From assembly GCA_036170235.1 (NCBI GenBank), contig JAVHOW010000017.1, forward strand, positions 4,143-68,142: a stretch of 64,000 nt of DNA, in the 5' to 3' direction. Of this stretch, positions 61,226 to 64,000 are shown piece after piece. The notes under the pieces were generated by a model that saw nothing but the letters and a program-made list of their open reading frames with translations, did no database searches and was not told the origin of the DNA. The position numbers and the translations under genes are program-made. The DNA comes from Minisyncoccota bacterium (lineage in GTDB: Bacteria > Patescibacteriota > Minisyncoccia > Phycocordibacterales > PALSA-1337). Position 1 is the first letter of the stretch. Every line of letters starts with the position of its first letter.

Positions 61226-63976
61226 ATGGCATTTTTGACCAAACTATTCAACCGTTCGAACACCAAGAATGTGAAGGAATTCGAGCCTTTTGTGGCACAA
61301 ATTAACGCTTTTGAGGCGGCGATGAAGGCATTGTCGGATGTGGAATTGAGGGCTAAAACTGATGAATTTAAGGCAAAAATAAAGGAGTATGATGAACGTA
61401 ATAAAAAACCCGAAACTCGAAATCCCGATCGAGCACGATCGCCACTGGGTCAATCCGAGACAAATTCCAAATCAGAAATTCAAAATTCAAAAAAGGCGCA
61501 ACACCCAGTATTGGATGAAATTATGCCAGAAGCTTTTGCCGTTGTTCGTGAAGCATCACGTCGCACACTTGGTCAACGTCACTTTGATGTACAACTTCTT
61601 GGAGGCATGGTTTTGAATTCTGGAGCAATTGCCGAGATGCGCACTGGTGAAGGAAAAACTTTGGTTGCGACACTTCCCGCATATTTAAATGCGCTTACAG
61701 GTAAAGGTGTTCACATTGTGACCGTTAACGATTACCTCTCACGTCGTGACGCAGTCTGGATGGGTCAAATTTACGCATTCCTCGGATTGTCGGTTGCAGT
61801 AATAAACAATGAGGCGAGTTTTGTGTATGATTCGATGCATCGAAGTGACGCGGACGGTACCGCAACTGTTCCTCAGGACACGCCGTCAACCTCTGGTGAG
61901 GTTGCGGCTGGTTCTCCTTCGCCTTCGCTCAGTCCGAAGCGTCCTTCGGATTCAGTTGCGGTACCGTCCGCTAACAACGACCCGCTCGACAAAGAACGCG
62001 ACCAACTTGGTGCTTTTAAAGTTGTTCACGAATTCCTCCGACCAGTCACACGCAGGGAAGCCTATGCCGCTGACATTACTTATGGAACAAACAATGAATT
62101 TGGTTTTGATTATCTTCGTGACAACCTCGAATACAGCCCAGACAAATTACGTCAGCGTGAACCGAACTATGCCATCGTTGATGAAATAGATTCTATTCTC
62201 ATTGATGAGGCGCGCACGCCGCTGATCATTTCCGCACCGATGCGTGATGCCGAATCGACCTACAAACAGTTCGCCTCGATGGTTCGGGCATTTAAAAAAG
62301 ATGAAGATTATACAGTTGAAGAAAAGCATCGCTCGATTTCTTTGACCTCAGACGGTATTACCAAAGCTGAAAAAATTCTTGGTATCGACAATATTTATAC
62401 TGACAAAGGCATCAAGTCTGTGCACCATTTGGAAACTGCCATCAAGGCGCAAGCTTTGTATCACAATGACAAGGAGTATGTCGTTAAGGATGGTCAGATT
62501 GTCATTGTTGATGAATTCACAGGTCGCATGCAACCAGGTCGTCGTTGGTCAGATGGTTTGCATCAAGCTATTGAGGCAAAGGAGGGTGTTGGTATTCAGC
62601 AAGAATCTCGCACCTATGCCTCGATCACATTTCAAAACTTTTTCCGAATGTATCCAAAATTAGCAGGTATGACTGGTACTGCCGCTACGTCAGCGGAGGA
62701 ATTTTTCAAAGTTTATGGTTTGGAAGTCGCTGTTGTTCCAACAAATGTCCAACCGATTCGTCTTGATCGCAATGATCAAATTTTTCAGACCGAGCTCGGT
62801 AAATTCAAAGCTATCGCACGTAAAGTCAAAGAATTGCATGCCAAAGGTCAGCCAGTCCTTATCGGTACAGTTTCTATTGAAAAGAATGAACTTCTGTCAC
62901 AATTTTTGAAATCCGAAGGCGTTCCACATCAGATGTTGAATGCCAAAAACCACGAACGTGAAGGTGAGATCATCGCGCAGGCCGGTAAGAAAGGTGGAGT
63001 TACTATAGCCACGAACATGGCTGGTCGCGGCGTGGACATCAAGCTCGGTGGTAATCCGAATACTCCGGAATTATATGAACAAATAAAGTCAGCTGGTGGT
63101 CTGTTCGTGCTCGGAACTGAACGTCATGAAGCACGCCGTATCGACAATCAGCTTCGTGGTCGTTCTGGTCGTCAAGGAGATCCTGGCGAAACTCAATTTT
63201 TCGTATCTCTTGAAGATACATTGATGCGTGTCTTTGCGTCTGATATGTTGAAGTCGATGATGGGTAAACTTGGCGTGGCTGATGATGAACCGATAGAGCA
63301 CAAACTTATTTCAAAGTCATTGGAGAGCGCGCAGGAAAAGATTGAGGGATTCAACTTCGATTCACGCAAACATGTTTTGGAATTTGATGACATCATCAAT
63401 ACGCAGAGGAAGAATATTTACGGACGGCGCAGGAGGTTGCTGTTGGGGACGGTTGATGATGTGGAGGGTGAATTGATGAATATCGTCGGAGTTGGTTCTG
63501 CGGAGCCAGAACAAGCTTTGGTATCAATCATCGACAAAAAAATCGCGGAATTTGGTCGCGAGAATTTCCTCAATGCGGTACGCATTGTCCTATTACAAGC
63601 TATAGACATGTATTGGGTGGAACACCTCGAAGTCATGGATTACACACGTTCCAGCGTCAATTTGCGCGCATACGGTCAACGTGATCCGTTAGTTGAATAC
63701 AAAAAGGAAGGATTGCGTCTATTCAAAGAAATGCAGGTCGCCATGCGTGCGCAGGTAGTCAAAGTTTTGCCTCATGTAGTCCCGATGATGAATGGCACAG
63801 CGGTCGCTCCTGAACAAAAGAACCTAAAAGAAGTTCATGAAAATGCGCAAATTATCGGCGCAGGTGATGGTTCCAGTGGCAACTCTGATGGAATTAAAAA
63901 GGAGCCAGAAGTTGGCAGAAATGACCTCTGTCCTTGCGGTTCAGGCAAGAAGTACAAGAAGTGTCATGGGAAATAA
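61226..63976 (+). CDS. secA: preprotein translocase ATPase SecA, with two lineage-specific insertions
   Basis: MPEAFAVVREASRRTLGQRHFDVQLLGG, MRTGEGKTLVATLPAYLNALTGKGVHIVTVNDYL, DEIDSILIDEARTPLII, TNMAGRGVDI and the C-terminal CPCGSGKKYKKCHGK. Insertions lie at about aa 55-95 and aa 210-275. Confidence 0.95.
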   Translation: MAFLTKLFNRSNTKNVKEFEPFVAQINAFEAAMKALSDVELRAKTDEFKAKIKEYDERNKKPETRNPDRARSPLGQSETNSKSEIQNSKKAQHPVLDEIMPEAFAVVREASRRTLGQRHFDVQLLGGMVLNSGAIAEMRTGEGKTLVATLPAYLNALTGKGVHIVTVNDYLSRRDAVWMGQIYAFLGLSVAVINNEASFVYDSMHRSDADGTATVPQDTPSTSGEVAAGSPSPSLSPKRPSDSVAVPSANNDPLDKERDQLGAFKVVHEFLRPVTRREAYAADITYGTNNEFGFDYLRDNLEYSPDKLRQREPNYAIVDEIDSILIDEARTPLIISAPMRDAESTYKQFASMVRAFKKDEDYTVEEKHRSISLTSDGITKAEKILGIDNIYTDKGIKSVHHLETAIKAQALYHNDKEYVVKDGQIVIVDEFTGRMQPGRRWSDGLHQAIEAKEGVGIQQESRTYASITFQNFFRMYPKLAGMTGTAATSAEEFFKVYGLEVAVVPTNVQPIRLDRNDQIFQTELGKFKAIARKVKELHAKGQPVLIGTVSIEKNELLSQFLKSEGVPHQMLNAKNHEREGEIIAQAGKKGGVTIATNMAGRGVDIKLGGNPNTPELYEQIKSAGGLFVLGTERHEARRIDNQLRGRSGRQGDPGETQFFVSLEDTLMRVFASDMLKSMMGKLGVADDEPIEHKLISKSLESAQEKIEGFNFDSRKHVLEFDDIINTQRKNIYGRRRRLLLGTVDDVEGELMNIVGVGSAEPEQALVSIIDKKIAEFGRENFLNAVRIVLLQAIDMYWVEHLEVMDYTRSSVNLRAYGQRDPLVEYKKEGLRLFKEMQVAMRAQVVKVLPHVVPMMNGTAVAPEQKNLKEVHENAQIIGAGDGSSGNSDGIKKEPEVGRNDLCPCGSGKKYKKCHGK
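61850..61971. repeat. GC-rich palindromic element embedded in the secA coding sequence
   Basis: gcggacggtaccgcaactg (61850-61868) is the perfect reverse complement of 61953-61971. The interior has its own hairpin tccgaag/cttcgga. It is translated as a Pro/Ser/Thr-rich segment absent from canonical SecA. Confidence 0.75.
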
Positions 63977-64000
63977 AAATTTCTAAATAAGTTTCTTACC

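Noticed and set aside
1-64000. tRNA, rRNA and CRISPR arrays
   Set aside because: I scanned the intergenic regions for T-loop GGTTCGAnTCC-type sequences, rRNA-like conserved blocks and regularly spaced direct repeats. None were found.

Overview
This is an AT-rich bacterial chromosome segment read with the standard genetic code. I infer Candidate Phyla Radiation / Patescibacteria, Parcubacteria-like. The grounds are scattered peptidoglycan genes (murD, mpl/murC-like, mraY, murB), many small hypothetical membrane proteins, DUF5671/DUF4015/VirD4-like genes, insert-bearing SecA/MurB/MurD, and almost no Shine-Dalgarno sequences. No rRNA, tRNA or CRISPR array was found.

Main content:
1. A complete diversity-generating retroelement (DGR) at 16.2-19.6 kb. 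It has an RT, an inverted Avd gene, a stand-alone template repeat (TR) transcription unit, and two paralogous target genes. Their C-terminal variable repeats (VRs) differ from the TR only at TR adenines. A G9 homopolymer sits in the avd/RT divergent promoter, and a HepT/MntA toxin-antitoxin pair lies next door.
2. A roughly 30 kb surface-glycan island (27-59 kb). It holds many glycosyltransferases and methyltransferases, a flippase, the CapE/F/G (FnlA/B/C) UDP-L-FucNAc pathway, and two separate nonulosonic-acid gene sets. One of these contains a conspicuously GC-rich, probably imported neuB. An O-antigen-ligase-like/TPR protein is also present.
3. A family of long hairpin elements sitting exactly at gene 3' ends. 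The conserved, covarying core is about 100 nt. It is embraced by locus-specific, perfect or near-perfect 30-37 bp inverted repeats. I could not assign it to any repeat or RNA class I know. A related palindromic insertion lies in frame inside secA.
4. A roughly 315 nt GC-rich, highly base-paired RNA candidate at 685-1000 on the minus strand, class unresolved.
5. A recurrent arrangement in which a -10-like hexamer ends 6-7 nt before the start codon, implying mostly leaderless mRNAs.

All family assignments come from motif recognition by eye; no database search was possible.
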